DNA of 64,000 bases from Candidatus Thorarchaeota archaeon. GTDB lineage: Archaea > Asgardarchaeota > Thorarchaeia > Thorarchaeales > Thorarchaeaceae. The position numbers and the translations under genes were made by a program. The notes below the pieces were generated by a model. That model did no database searches and was not told the origin of the DNA. It saw only the letters and a program-made list of their open reading frames with translations. Below, in pieces: positions 39,141-49,088 of the stretch (its first letter is position 1; every line of letters begins with the position of its first letter). The stretch lies in the NCBI GenBank assembly GCA_011364905.1, contig RDNZ01000005.1, positions 49,313-113,312 on the forward strand. The letters run 5' to 3'.

Positions 39141-40280
39141 CTAAAGAGTTGTGAAGCTCTTGACTGTCTTTTCATCGAGTTTCTGGAGTACTTCAACTAG
39201 AAGTTGGACTGCATTCTCAACATCGCTAAGATCCAGCATACCATGATGAGAGTGGATGTATCTTGTCGGAATCCCAAGATACAAAGATGGAGCACCCATT
39301 CCTGCAAGATGGATTTGACCTGCATCAGTCCCGCCGGCCTTGATAAATGATGGTTGATACCGTATACCCTTCTCTTCAGCGATTTCCAAGACGAATCTTC
39401 GCAGCTTTGGATTTGGAATCATGGATGAATCACCAGCGGAGATTGAAACGCCTTTGCCCATCTTTGCAACGATGCCCTCGACTTCAGGCGAGTCTCCAGA
39501 GATGTCCACATCGAGAGCGAATCCAATGTCAGGTTCAATCATTTGAGCAGATGTCTTCGCACCTCTAAGACCGACTTCCTCCTGAACGGTTGAACAGAAA
39601 AAGACAGTGTTTGGAAGTTCGATGTTGTTTTCGGAAATGCGTCGTAATGCCTCAAGGACAATGAACACGCCAATTCTGTCATCGAAGGCTTTTGCAACAG
39701 CGAGAGTGACTTCGCGAGTTTCCCCTTTTGCATCTTTGCTATCTTCATCCTTCTTTTCCTTTCTCTTTCGTTTCATTGTACGAAAGGAAGAAAGAGGTAC
39801 TGCAGGGTCTCCCACGCGAATCCCAAGCTCCTTTACATCAGCTACTGATGAGCAGCCAATATCGATATACATCTGGTCTTTTGTGACTACTTTGCCACGC
39901 ATCTCAGGGGTAAGAACATGCGGTGGTGGTGCACCAATAATGCCTACTAGTTTTTCTCCCTTGAAAGATTGAATCACCACCTCTTGGGTCAACAAAGTCT
40001 GATCCCACCAGCCCCCTAGCTGATGAAACTCCAAATAGCCCTCTTTCTTAATGTTGGTTATCACAAAACCAATCTCATCGACATGCCCAGCTATCATGAT
40101 TTTGGGGCCTTTGCTTCCCTTCTTGAAAATCACAGACCCCAGTCCATCATGCAATATCTCATCAGCGTATTTCTGGCCATGTTTCTTTGCGACTTTCTGC
40201 GCCTCTTCCTCGTGCCCACTTGGTCCGAAGGCTTCGCAGAGTTCTTCTAATAATTTCAGGTCAAGATCTATCTTGGTCAT
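39141..40280 (-). CDS. M42 (TET) aminopeptidase
   Basis: GPSGHE, GHVDEIG, KAFDDRIG, QEEVGLRGA, GGTDAG, PTRYIHS. Confidence 0.93.
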   Translation of the reverse strand: MTKIDLDLKLLEELCEAFGPSGHEEEAQKVAKKHGQKYADEILHDGLGSVIFKKGSKGPKIMIAGHVDEIGFVITNIKKEGYLEFHQLGGWWDQTLLTQEVVIQSFKGEKLVGIIGAPPPHVLTPEMRGKVVTKDQMYIDIGCSSVADVKELGIRVGDPAVPLSSFRTMKRKRKEKKDEDSKDAKGETREVTLAVAKAFDDRIGVFIVLEALRRISENNIELPNTVFFCSTVQEEVGLRGAKTSAQMIEPDIGFALDVDISGDSPEVEGIVAKMGKGVSISAGDSSMIPNPKLRRFVLEIAEEKGIRYQPSFIKAGGTDAGQIHLAGMGAPSLYLGIPTRYIHSHHGMLDLSDVENAVQLLVEVLQKLDEKTVKSFTTL

Positions 40281-40366
40281 GAAACCCACTCATTTATCTT
40301 GAATCGATATCGACCTTAAAATTCGCCTCTTTAGTGGTTTTGGTTTGAGGACTAAAAGAGAAAAGT

Positions 40367-40909
40367 CTAGGAAATTGATAGAGAACTTTTCGCAAGTATA
40401 CTGAATGCTTCTTCAACGTTCTGCCCAGTGAGTGCACTTGTTTCAAGATAGCCAACCAGATTCTGCTCACGAGTGAATTCTTCACCCATCTCCCGGGTTA
40501 TCACTCGGTGTTCAGCCAAGTCCACCTTGTTCGCCAACAGAATGATAGGGATCCGCTCACCCAACGCATCTTCGGTTTCCTTAATCCATTTTGGCAATTC
40601 CAGCCAAGTGCTCTTTCGTGTTGTGTCATAGACAAGCAGAGCACCTTTAGAGCCACGATAGTAGCTTCCTCGAATGAAGTCGAACCTCTGCTGTCCAGCA
40701 AGGTCCCATACGAGAAGTTTAACTACAATATTTCGACCATTTGCAGCTTCGACAGCGACTGTCTTGACTGCAAATTGCGACCCGATGGTCACAATATACT
40801 CTTCCGAGAACTTGTGTGTAAGAAAGCGGTTGACTAAGGCGGTCTTTCCACTGCCTCCTGCGCCAATCATGACGACCTTTCGCATGTAGTCAAAACCACC
40901 GCTACTCAA
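40367..40909 (-). CDS. Rab-like small GTPase
   Basis: TTG start at 40909 after an AGGTGA SD; FDYMRKVVMIGAGGSGKT, TIGSQF, WDLAGQQRF, YYRGS, LVYDTT, NKVD, ETSA. Confidence 0.9.
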   Translation of the reverse strand: MSSGGFDYMRKVVMIGAGGSGKTALVNRFLTHKFSEEYIVTIGSQFAVKTVAVEAANGRNIVVKLLVWDLAGQQRFDFIRGSYYRGSKGALLVYDTTRKSTWLELPKWIKETEDALGERIPIILLANKVDLAEHRVITREMGEEFTREQNLVGYLETSALTGQNVEEAFSILAKSSLSIS

Positions 40910-41142
40910 GTACTCACCTTTCCGCTCTATTAAGGGATTCACATAGGGGGTGCTTGATTGCTTCCACCCGCAGGTTTCCTTATTCGAACTTCGCTCCTCT
41001 GTATTTAGCCTTTTATGGGTCGAATGTATTAAAGTCAAAAGGCTCTTTGCCATATCATGAGTGGTTGGCGCGGAGTTTCTAAGGCGTAGTATCGACTTAT
41101 ATCCGGTATTACCCGGTTAACACCAGTTGAGAGGAATTACAT

Positions 41143-41322
41143 GTGCAGCTTGTTACTGTTAAGATGAGTGATATCTACGTAAAGGGTCTTGACAAACTAG
41201 TGGAAATTGGCATGTATCCGTCGAGAAGCGAGGCTATTAGGGTAGCTATAAGAGATCTTCTTCGCAGGGAGCTGTGGCCCGCTGAAGGAAGTCCTATAAA
41301 CATGGAACAGGAAACTGGATAG
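41143..41322 (+). CDS. Ribbon-helix-helix (CopG/CdrS-like) transcription regulator, 59 aa, below the ORF-track cutoff
   Basis: GTG start after GAGGA: MQLVTVKMSDIYVKGLDKLVEIGMYPSRSEAIRVAIRDLLRRELWPAEGSPINMEQETG*. Confidence 0.88.
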   Translation: MQLVTVKMSDIYVKGLDKLVEIGMYPSRSEAIRVAIRDLLRRELWPAEGSPINMEQETG

Positions 41323-41404
41323 AACAGTGCTAGATGCACACAAGACACATTAAGATATATGAGTTGAATTTGCTAACTACCCTTGCTTTAAGGAGGACAA
41401 TTGA

Positions 41405-41920
41405 TTGAACTTCAGGGTATTCTTCAAAAGCGTGAAATTCGCATTCAGAGCTAGAATTCGAGTGCTGGCATTCATTCTAATCTATGCGATTCTTTTCATT
41501 ATAGTATCGAAAGGTATGACAAATAATCCCAGTGAATGGCTCACATATTTTGGAATGGCGTTTATTGTTGCAACAATTTATGCGATTCTAATCTCACAAT
41601 TTAGAAGAAGAGATATTTCAATCTTCAAATGTATTGGATGGGATAACAATAACGTAATGCTATTGATGGTGGGAGAGGTCGTACTAGTTTCATTCAGCGC
41701 ATTTCTACTGGTCTTTCAAGTCAGCATTGAGATTATTGGTTTCATAGGCTACTTTGGATCATCAGCACTACTAACTAGTATTCGGGACTTACTCTTCATA
41801 GACCTGAGCTCAATGGCTGTGACACTATTGGTGATAATTGTTTGTCAAATACCGGGGCTGCTTCTGTCCATGTATAGAGCAACAAAGATACCTCCGATGA
41901 GGGCACTAAGGGAGGAATGA
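41405..41920 (+). CDS. Minimal FtsX-like ABC permease (no extracellular domain)
   Basis: RRRDISIFKCIGW...GEVVLV...KIPPMRALREE; 4 TM helices. Confidence 0.8.
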   Translation: MNFRVFFKSVKFAFRARIRVLAFILIYAILFIIVSKGMTNNPSEWLTYFGMAFIVATIYAILISQFRRRDISIFKCIGWDNNNVMLLMVGEVVLVSFSAFLLVFQVSIEIIGFIGYFGSSALLTSIRDLLFIDLSSMAVTLLVIIVCQIPGLLLSMYRATKIPPMRALREE

Positions 41921-41923
41921 GAT

Positions 41924-42610
41924 ATGGCAGGACCAATAATTGAACTTGAAGATGTCAATAAGGAATTTGGAAAAGGGAAAAACACTGTAGCAGCTCTCAA
42001 GGATGTCAATTTACAAATTGAGGCTGGAGACTTCGTAGCAGTCCTTGGACCCAGCGGATGCGGAAAGTCTACGCTTCTACATGTCATGTCGGGTCTTGAA
42101 GCACCTTCATCAGGTCGCGTGCTTGTTGATGCTGTTGATGTCACACTCATAAGTGAACGAGATATGCCTAAGGTTCGTGCTCAGAAGATTGGCTTTGTCT
42201 TTCAATCATTTCTCTTGGTGGAACACCTCACAGCGTATGAAAATATCGAGGCTGTCCTCTGGCCTAGAACAGATATGACTAAACAAGAACAAGAGGAAAG
42301 AACCTTGTCAGTCCTCCGTGAGGTAGACATGCTTGAGCGAAGAGACCACTTTCCAAGACAGCTTTCTGGCGGAGAGCAACAGAGGGTTGCCATAGGAAGA
42401 GCACTTGTTAATGAGCCCCCAATCCTGTTTTGCGATGAGCCTACCGGGAACCTCGACTCAAAGACAGGTGAGAACATTCTCAAAATCATCGCTCAACTCA
42501 ATCGTGAGAAGAGGATGACAGTTGTTCTTGTCACACACAATCAGGATATCGCTAAGTTTGCTAAAAGAACACTCAGCATGAAAGATGGAGTAATAAGAAG
42601 AGCAACATAA
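41924..42610 (+). CDS. LolD/MacB-type ABC ATPase
   Basis: [35 protein letters not shown]. Confidence 0.93.
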   Translation: MAGPIIELEDVNKEFGKGKNTVAALKDVNLQIEAGDFVAVLGPSGCGKSTLLHVMSGLEAPSSGRVLVDAVDVTLISERDMPKVRAQKIGFVFQSFLLVEHLTAYENIEAVLWPRTDMTKQEQEERTLSVLREVDMLERRDHFPRQLSGGEQQRVAIGRALVNEPPILFCDEPTGNLDSKTGENILKIIAQLNREKRMTVVLVTHNQDIAKFAKRTLSMKDGVIRRAT

Positions 42611-42633
42611 TCCAACACGAGGACCTGATAGTC

Positions 42634-43467
42634 ATGGGTCAGTCAGAGTGCCAGAAACTGGAGAAGCTGGCTGAAGAAATGGCAGACTCGGGGAAGAACA
42701 AAGAAGCGATGACGCTCTTTCAGAGAGTAGGCGATTGCTGGAAGAATTGGGAATCATTCTCAAGATCTGCTCAGGCATACGAACGCGCATATGAGCACGG
42801 TATGCTGGCGCATGAGTATAATGAAGCAGCTCTGATAATGACAAAAGCTGGTTCCTCGTGGATCAAGCAGGGGGAACATGAGAAGTTCGAGATTGATTGT
42901 CAGATTGCAGCACAAGCCTATGTGTCAGCAGCTAAGGAGAAGAAGAACCCATACCTGCTTTTGGACGGGGCATTTTGTGCCATCACTGGTGGAGATTTGG
43001 ATCTTTCAAGACAACTGATAGATGGAGTAATTCAAGTAACAAAAGGCGAAGTCACTGGTTTCATCGACCTCGCCTTGATGCTCACAGAGTATCGTTTTGG
43101 CGATGCGAACAAACTGATTGAAACAGTTCTAGCTGATGAGGTAGATAGGGAAGAGCTGGGAAAACTCAGGCATTCTTTTGAGTTGGTCCTAGCAGGTTTT
43201 GTCAGAACCTCTATTGAGTCCGAGGCAGCTGTGACTCTCGCAAGTCTTGAAGAGAGTACCGGACTTGAACGTAGACAGCTGAAGAAACTCATTCTCAGAC
43301 TGATCGAGAATGGATACATACCAGCCTATTTAGACGAGGTTTCTGAAGAACTGATTGTCGACAGCGACCGGTTCGATGTTTCATCTCTTGAAACTAGAAA
43401 ACGACCTATACTAAGCAGAGATTTGGAGGACCCGGGTGCATGGGATATCGACCTTGATGAAGACTAA
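42634..43467 (+). CDS. SNAP-like helical-repeat protein with C-terminal PCI-like winged helix
   Basis: N-terminal [14 protein letters not shown]...SAQAYERA...[13 protein letters not shown]; C-terminal [12 protein letters not shown]...[23 protein letters not shown]. Confidence 0.65.
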   Translation: MGQSECQKLEKLAEEMADSGKNKEAMTLFQRVGDCWKNWESFSRSAQAYERAYEHGMLAHEYNEAALIMTKAGSSWIKQGEHEKFEIDCQIAAQAYVSAAKEKKNPYLLLDGAFCAITGGDLDLSRQLIDGVIQVTKGEVTGFIDLALMLTEYRFGDANKLIETVLADEVDREELGKLRHSFELVLAGFVRTSIESEAAVTLASLEESTGLERRQLKKLILRLIENGYIPAYLDEVSEELIVDSDRFDVSSLETRKRPILSRDLEDPGAWDIDLDED

Positions 43468-43571
43468 TTGAATGAAGGTACTCATGCCGCGTGTGGCCCC
43501 TAGAAAACGTTTTTAGTACCATTGTTGAAACTCACAATAGCCTGCCCACTTACACACAGGTGATACTACTA

Positions 43572-43787
43572 ATGGCTGAAGGGCTGAAATGGATGCAATG
43601 TCCTGTCTGCAAAGAATCGATCTATTGGGAGGTTCCAAAAGACAGTTTGAAGGACGTGAAACGTTTCCCAGTCCCCGTTGTTGTGAAGCACAAAGACCAT
43701 TATCTTGTCTGCTATTTGGATAGCCATTTCCAGCTTGCTGACACCGAGATTGCCATTGCTGGCGTTGAGGGCAAAGAAAAGAAATGA
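43572..43787 (+). CDS. Small putative zinc-binding protein (CxxC...HxxH)
   Basis: ATG 43572 after AGGTGA; QCPVCK...KHKDHYLVCYLD. Confidence 0.7.
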   Translation: MAEGLKWMQCPVCKESIYWEVPKDSLKDVKRFPVPVVVKHKDHYLVCYLDSHFQLADTEIAIAGVEGKEKK

Positions 43788-43810
43788 TACATAGAATTGC
43801 TGGTTTTCAA

Positions 43811-44347
43811 TCACTCGATACCATTATCCATAGCCCACTCTAAAACTCGTGCAGCTTGAGCACTAGCCATTCCCCACGAGCGGAGATTGAGAATCAGGTT
43901 TCGGATCCCCGCAATCCAATCATCCAGAAGGTCCTTTATGCGTTCCCTAATTGCAGGGTCTGGATCTTGTCTGTATATGGGGAGAATCATGTCAACGAGG
44001 CTCTGAGAGAGAACAAGAATGGTTTCCAATCTTGCGATCCACTCCTCCCGAGGTAGACCAGATAATGTTTGAGCCACAGCAAGATGATAGTCATATTGGG
44101 CTGTGAAGTATCTGAGTCGCCAGCTCAGCACCTCAACAAGTAAGGTCTTATGAGCTGTGCTTGGCGCGGTCTTGATGAGTAGGCTGAGGAATCGTTGGGT
44201 CATCTCATCTGCAGACTGGCTGGCATCGAAATAGAGCGCCATCGCCTGCTGGTACTCCTCATTGGTAAGACACTCGTCAGCGCGGCCTACTGCATGCTTG
44301 AAGCGGTCAAGCAGTGCTTTTGTGGATGCGCCTTCGATATCTTCCAT
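43811..44347 (-). CDS. All-helical hypothetical protein
   Basis: 178-aa ORF with AGGTGA SD and helical pattern. Confidence 0.65.
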   Translation of the reverse strand: MEDIEGASTKALLDRFKHAVGRADECLTNEEYQQAMALYFDASQSADEMTQRFLSLLIKTAPSTAHKTLLVEVLSWRLRYFTAQYDYHLAVAQTLSGLPREEWIARLETILVLSQSLVDMILPIYRQDPDPAIRERIKDLLDDWIAGIRNLILNLRSWGMASAQAARVLEWAMDNGIE

Positions 44348-44466
44348 TAGAAGTTCACCTTGTCTTCATACCATTGGGAGCGACCATGATGACCCTATTG
44401 AGCGTATCCTCTTGGTCCGAGTCTTGCTCAGAGTTCCTACACTTCCAATATGATGTTTTGCTGTTT

Positions 44467-45456
44467 CTATTCTTCTAGATACATGACAGGGGCAGGATGC
44501 TTCAATTTGAACTCTTCTGTGGCCTGTGTCCATGCTAAAAACTCCTCAGTTGGTGGGCTGGTTCGATATAACTCCTCACGTTCTGCTTCTAGAGTGATGT
44601 TCTTCACGCCTGAAAGCTCAGCCATTGTGAGCACTTTGTTACCAGCTTCTTCACCTTTTTCCCGTATAGGTTGCATCCAATCGTTCCAGGATTTGTCTCT
44701 CATGAGGTGATGATCCACCACGAGAATCGGAACAGTCGAGGCGAGGACAACTAATGAGTTATGTGCTAGCTCTCTTTCGTGGTCCGTAAACTGTGACAAG
44801 TAGAGAGGAGGACCACCGACAATAAGAAGGTCTGGAGACAATAGCAGAATATACTGGAGGGATTTCTCGACAATGGGTCCTTGGACATCTGGTGCAAACA
44901 TGAAACGACTGTCCCCATACTCGACACTTGTTGCTAGAACATAGCCCAGAAATGAGTTGACAGGACCGTGAGCCAGTGGCAGTGAGTAAGTCATCTTCGT
45001 GTCATTGAATTTGAATGTTCGATTATCCGCCCACTCAATCCTACTGGCCACTTCTTGAATGTCCTTCTCGAAATAGAAACCACGCTTTCTCTGAGAGGGA
45101 TTTATGTTGTCCCGATTATCCTTAGTCAGGACCACCTTGCCAGCAAACATTTCACGACGCTCATTTCCTGTACTCAGGTTGTATAGGCAGTTCTCAAAAC
45201 CCGGTCGAACATGATCATAGTGATAATGTGAAAGGGATAAAATGTCAGACTCCGCAGCAGTTTTAGTGATTGCCTGCAGGGACTTTTTGAGCGCGATGTA
45301 CTCTGTTGGATGTGGCTCTAATTTGAACCGCTTTGCCAAGGCAGCTGATGGATCAAAAAGAATACTGACATCGGGTGTAGAAACATGCGTGCACAATGAA
45401 CGAGTGCCGAGACTCTCTGCAGCCAGGGGAGTGATCTCAATCTCTCCTATTTTCAT
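44467..45456 (-). CDS. UPF0282 family MBL-fold protein
   Basis: PLAAESLGTRS, SHYHYDH, INPSQRKR, DVQGP, GGPP, DHHLMRD. Confidence 0.88.
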   Translation of the reverse strand: MKIGEIEITPLAAESLGTRSLCTHVSTPDVSILFDPSAALAKRFKLEPHPTEYIALKKSLQAITKTAAESDILSLSHYHYDHVRPGFENCLYNLSTGNERREMFAGKVVLTKDNRDNINPSQRKRGFYFEKDIQEVASRIEWADNRTFKFNDTKMTYSLPLAHGPVNSFLGYVLATSVEYGDSRFMFAPDVQGPIVEKSLQYILLLSPDLLIVGGPPLYLSQFTDHERELAHNSLVVLASTVPILVVDHHLMRDKSWNDWMQPIREKGEEAGNKVLTMAELSGVKNITLEAEREELYRTSPPTEEFLAWTQATEEFKLKHPAPVMYLEE

Positions 45457-45958
45457 TCTCAGACTCCCTATAATAGACCAACTGATACCCATCTTTGTCA
45501 TGAAGTAGCTCAGCTTCATAGATTGCTTGATGCGAACTAGGACTCTTGAAACACCTGAACATCTGGTAATCTGATGGCAAGAACTGACGTTTCATAGAAG
45601 GTAATTCCTCTTCTGTAATCAATCTAAGGACCCCTTCACGATGATTCTCATTGAAAGTCGAAATCTCAGCGTGTCCTACGAATATGAGAAAGTATGCGGA
45701 GAGCTGTCCGTTTGTTTCAACTAAACGTTCAGATACTAGACCACGATACTCATAGTTTTGGACTCTAGACGCACCAGTTTCTTCTAGGACTTCTCTAATT
45801 GCTGCACTTCGAATGTGCTCCCCAAGTCTTATTTTCCCTCCCACCATACTCCATAGTTTCTCATAAGGGGGGTTTCGTCGCTGGAGGAACAAATAGCCAT
45901 TTCCACATCTGAGAATCGTGATAGCGATTGGGATCATCTTCGTCATTGATTCCGCCAA
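45437..45958 (-). CDS. NUDIX hydrolase
   Basis: GGKIRLGE....AAIREVLEETG Nudix box. Confidence 0.9.
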   Translation of the reverse strand: MAESMTKMIPIAITILRCGNGYLFLQRRNPPYEKLWSMVGGKIRLGEHIRSAAIREVLEETGASRVQNYEYRGLVSERLVETNGQLSAYFLIFVGHAEISTFNENHREGVLRLITEEELPSMKRQFLPSDYQMFRCFKSPSSHQAIYEAELLHDKDGYQLVYYRESENENRRD

Positions 45959-46062
45959 TAGATGGGTTGCATCGCGACTCCTTTAAAGATAGATGCTTTC
46001 CGAATTCTATCGAAGCTAACATTCATAGCAATCAATAAGATTCTGATTCATAGGTCTGTACT

Positions 46063-47550
46063 GTGGAACCGATAATTTCGAATAACATTAGAAAACGGAT
46101 ACTTGCAGAGATCACACCCTCAAAGGAAGAGATAGACCTACAGAAAACGACCATTGATAGTCTCAAAAGCGCTTTGTCTAGTCATCCAAGCTCACATGAG
46201 TATAGATACTCCTTCATAGAAGCCCAAGGGTCTACAGGTAGAAAACAGACACAACTTCGAGGCACTGCTGACATTGACCTCTTTGTTGGATTAAGTCCTG
46301 AAGATTACAGTGCAATCCTTGAGAAACCTCCACAAAGCAGACATCGTGAGATTGACAATCTGATGAATAGGATGATCAATGATTGGTTTGAACCAGCGTT
46401 AGCAGGGTTGGATACAGCAGATGTTCAGCTTGCGTTCTCGCAACACCCATACCTTTCATTGAAGATGAGGGGATTGGATATTGATATACTAGGCTGTTTC
46501 GACATTAATCAGGACCAACTTTCCAAGAGAGGACCCTTCACAGCTGTTGACAGGACAGTTCATCATACACAATATGTTGCAGACCGCCTAACAGAAGAGA
46601 AAAGGGAAGATGCTAGAATCCTAAAGTCCTTTGTGAGAGCCTGCCATGCCTATGGAGACCGTTGCGCAGTTGGAAGAATGGGCATCACAGGGGTGTCCCT
46701 TGAACTGTTGGCAATCCTGTCGCGAAACTTGGATGATGCTATCGAAAAACTGGAGAAACTGCGAGATTTCCCAATAGACCCTGAAGAACGTACATTGAAG
46801 GATTTACGCAAGATTCCAGCGTTTAAGGATGATTACATAATCTTGATTGACCCAACTGACCATCAAAGAAACATCGCATCAAGTTTCACTCCTCGAGCAT
46901 ATGAGTGTGTGAAGTATCGTATAGGAGAATTACAGAAGGCATGTCTTGAGCACGATGAGACCAAACTGATTGAATTAATGATAGAAGCGCCAATTCCGAG
47001 TGATCCATTACCTGACTGGCTAGCAAATCACGCTTTTGCGAGGGAGTTCAAATCTGATGGCTCCAGACATTATACTATCCTTCGAGACAAGTTGTATCGT
47101 GCGGCTGGAAAAGCGCAGGCAACACTTCAGGCTGAGAGAACTGGAGAGCCAAGATTCGGCGAAACACTCATGGAGGTCGTTTTCGAAGAAGATACATTCT
47201 CAATCGGATTCTTGATTGAGTGTCCGAAGATCTCAAAGGACTATCTTAGACGGGGACCGCCCATTACGCTTGTTGAGGCTGCAGAGGAATTCAGAAAGAG
47301 CCATCCTGAGGTTGATGAGCGGGATGGATACCTTTGGATCAAGGTTGAAAGGGAGTGGGATAACCCAAAGGCACTAGCGGATATGGTTCTGGCTGAGAGC
47401 ACTATTAAGGGATTGAGACAAGTTACGGAAACAGGCGAGGTTTCACAAAAAGTCCTCAATGTTCTATACAAATTCATACTACCCCTAGATCAGACTTTCT
47501 ACAAAAAAATAACAAGAGTTAAGGATAAAGACCAAGACATTCAGCAGTGA
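46063..47550 (+). CDS. cca: Archaeal (class I) CCA-adding enzyme
   Basis: GST...TQLRGTADIDLFV, HPY, TAVDRTVHH, DPTD..RNIASS, GPP. Confidence 0.88.
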   Translation: MEPIISNNIRKRILAEITPSKEEIDLQKTTIDSLKSALSSHPSSHEYRYSFIEAQGSTGRKQTQLRGTADIDLFVGLSPEDYSAILEKPPQSRHREIDNLMNRMINDWFEPALAGLDTADVQLAFSQHPYLSLKMRGLDIDILGCFDINQDQLSKRGPFTAVDRTVHHTQYVADRLTEEKREDARILKSFVRACHAYGDRCAVGRMGITGVSLELLAILSRNLDDAIEKLEKLRDFPIDPEERTLKDLRKIPAFKDDYIILIDPTDHQRNIASSFTPRAYECVKYRIGELQKACLEHDETKLIELMIEAPIPSDPLPDWLANHAFAREFKSDGSRHYTILRDKLYRAAGKAQATLQAERTGEPRFGETLMEVVFEEDTFSIGFLIECPKISKDYLRRGPPITLVEAAEEFRKSHPEVDERDGYLWIKVEREWDNPKALADMVLAESTIKGLRQVTETGEVSQKVLNVLYKFILPLDQTFYKKITRVKDKDQDIQQ

Positions 47551-47556
47551 TTAGCT

Positions 47557-48630
47557 GTGCCAAAAAACAATATTGCCTTCATCTCACATCCAAAATCAAA
47601 TCAACACAGAATGCCATTCGCCAGACCAAGCATAGAAGCTTTTGAAACTCCTCTTAGAACCCAATATGCAGAAAGGTACCTTGAGAAAGAAGGCGTACTT
47701 AACGATGTATTGAGAGTGAAAGCTCCAAAGGCCAAGCTACGAGACGCCTTGATGGTTCACTCCCCTTATTTAATCGATACTGTCCGAATCATGACAGAGA
47801 TTGGCAGCGGAGAGCTAGGCGAGGCATCCTACGCAAGTCCAGATCTTATGAGAGCAGCCCTACGTGCGGTTGGAGGAGCGATGAAAAGTGCCGAGTTGGT
47901 TGTTGCGGGGGAGTCTGAGCATGCATTCTCTTTGATGCGGCCACCAGGACACCATGCGACATCATCAGATCCAATGGGGCTCTGTTACTTCAATAACTTG
48001 GCAATAGCAACTCGCCATATCATGAAGGATGAAGATGTCAACAAGGTGTCGATACTCGACTTCGACGACCATCATGGAAACGGTACATCAGAGATATTCT
48101 ATGCAGATGCAAATGTCCAGTTCATTTCTATTCATGAGTATGACTATGACAACTTTGGTTTGGGATATTTCACAGAAGTTGGCTATGGAGACGCAAAGGG
48201 GACAAACATCAACATACCTCTGATGGAAACATCTCCGAATGCTTCGTACGAAACAGCCTTAGAAAAGGTGATACGTCCAGCGATAAGACGATTTGCTCCA
48301 GATATAATCATGGTTTCTGCAGGCTTTGATGCTCACTATGCGGACCCTGTTGGAAACATGGATGTTGATTCACGCGTCTTTTGGCGGTTCGGGAAATTCG
48401 TTCGCGATATGGTCCATAAATTGAAAGCAATGGGCTCAGTTTGGATTCTGGAGGGAGGATACAATCCATTTGCACTGGGACAATCGATTAGAGCAAGTCT
48501 TGAGGGGCTTGCTGGGAAACATCCTCCGAAACTTGATGATCAAATAGAGAGAGAGGTATTTCCTGAGATCACCGAGGCAAATGTAGAGATTATAGATAAG
48601 GTTCTAGAGACAATTGACCCATTCTGGTGA
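47557..48630 (+). CDS. Histone deacetylase family protein
   Basis: RPPGHHA, GLCYFNN, DFDDHHGNGT, SAGFDAH..DP, LEGGY. Confidence 0.93.
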   Translation: MPKNNIAFISHPKSNQHRMPFARPSIEAFETPLRTQYAERYLEKEGVLNDVLRVKAPKAKLRDALMVHSPYLIDTVRIMTEIGSGELGEASYASPDLMRAALRAVGGAMKSAELVVAGESEHAFSLMRPPGHHATSSDPMGLCYFNNLAIATRHIMKDEDVNKVSILDFDDHHGNGTSEIFYADANVQFISIHEYDYDNFGLGYFTEVGYGDAKGTNINIPLMETSPNASYETALEKVIRPAIRRFAPDIIMVSAGFDAHYADPVGNMDVDSRVFWRFGKFVRDMVHKLKAMGSVWILEGGYNPFALGQSIRASLEGLAGKHPPKLDDQIEREVFPEITEANVEIIDKVLETIDPFW

Positions 48631-48722
48631 AACTTTGGAGTGTTTTCGTTCATAGTGACATGAACAAGATTTTAAGGCCTCTCGAGTTGCAGGCGAGCTA
48701 TCAGTCTTGGTGGAACTACAAA

Positions 48723-49019
48723 TTGGGTAAAAAGAGAAAATCTGGCGGAAGAAGCAAGGGCAGTTCTGGCAAATCAGGAACTGTTCAATGCTCAAGATGC
48801 GGACGGATTGTGCCAGCCGACAAGGCAAAAAAATACACGAAGAGAGTATCAGCTGTTGAACCTCAGCTTGCCCGTGAGCTTAGACAACAGGGGACCTATA
48901 TACAAACTAAAAGGGTCACTTCCTATTACTGTGTGAGCTGCGCGGTTCATGCAGGCAGGGTTCAAATCAGACAAGCCTCAGAGCGGAGAACCGTACCAGG
49001 TCGACGCTCAAGAAATTAA
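48723..49019 (+). CDS. rps26e: 30S ribosomal protein S26e
   Basis: TTG start; KKRKSGGRSK...VQCSRCGRIVPADKAKK...YCVSCAVH. Confidence 0.93.
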   Translation: MGKKRKSGGRSKGSSGKSGTVQCSRCGRIVPADKAKKYTKRVSAVEPQLARELRQQGTYIQTKRVTSYYCVSCAVHAGRVQIRQASERRTVPGRRSRN

Positions 49020-49088
49020 TGTCACAATGACCGACCTTCAAGTCGAAAACCAATAGAGCTGAAAAATAACAAAGAGCTGGTATGCCAA

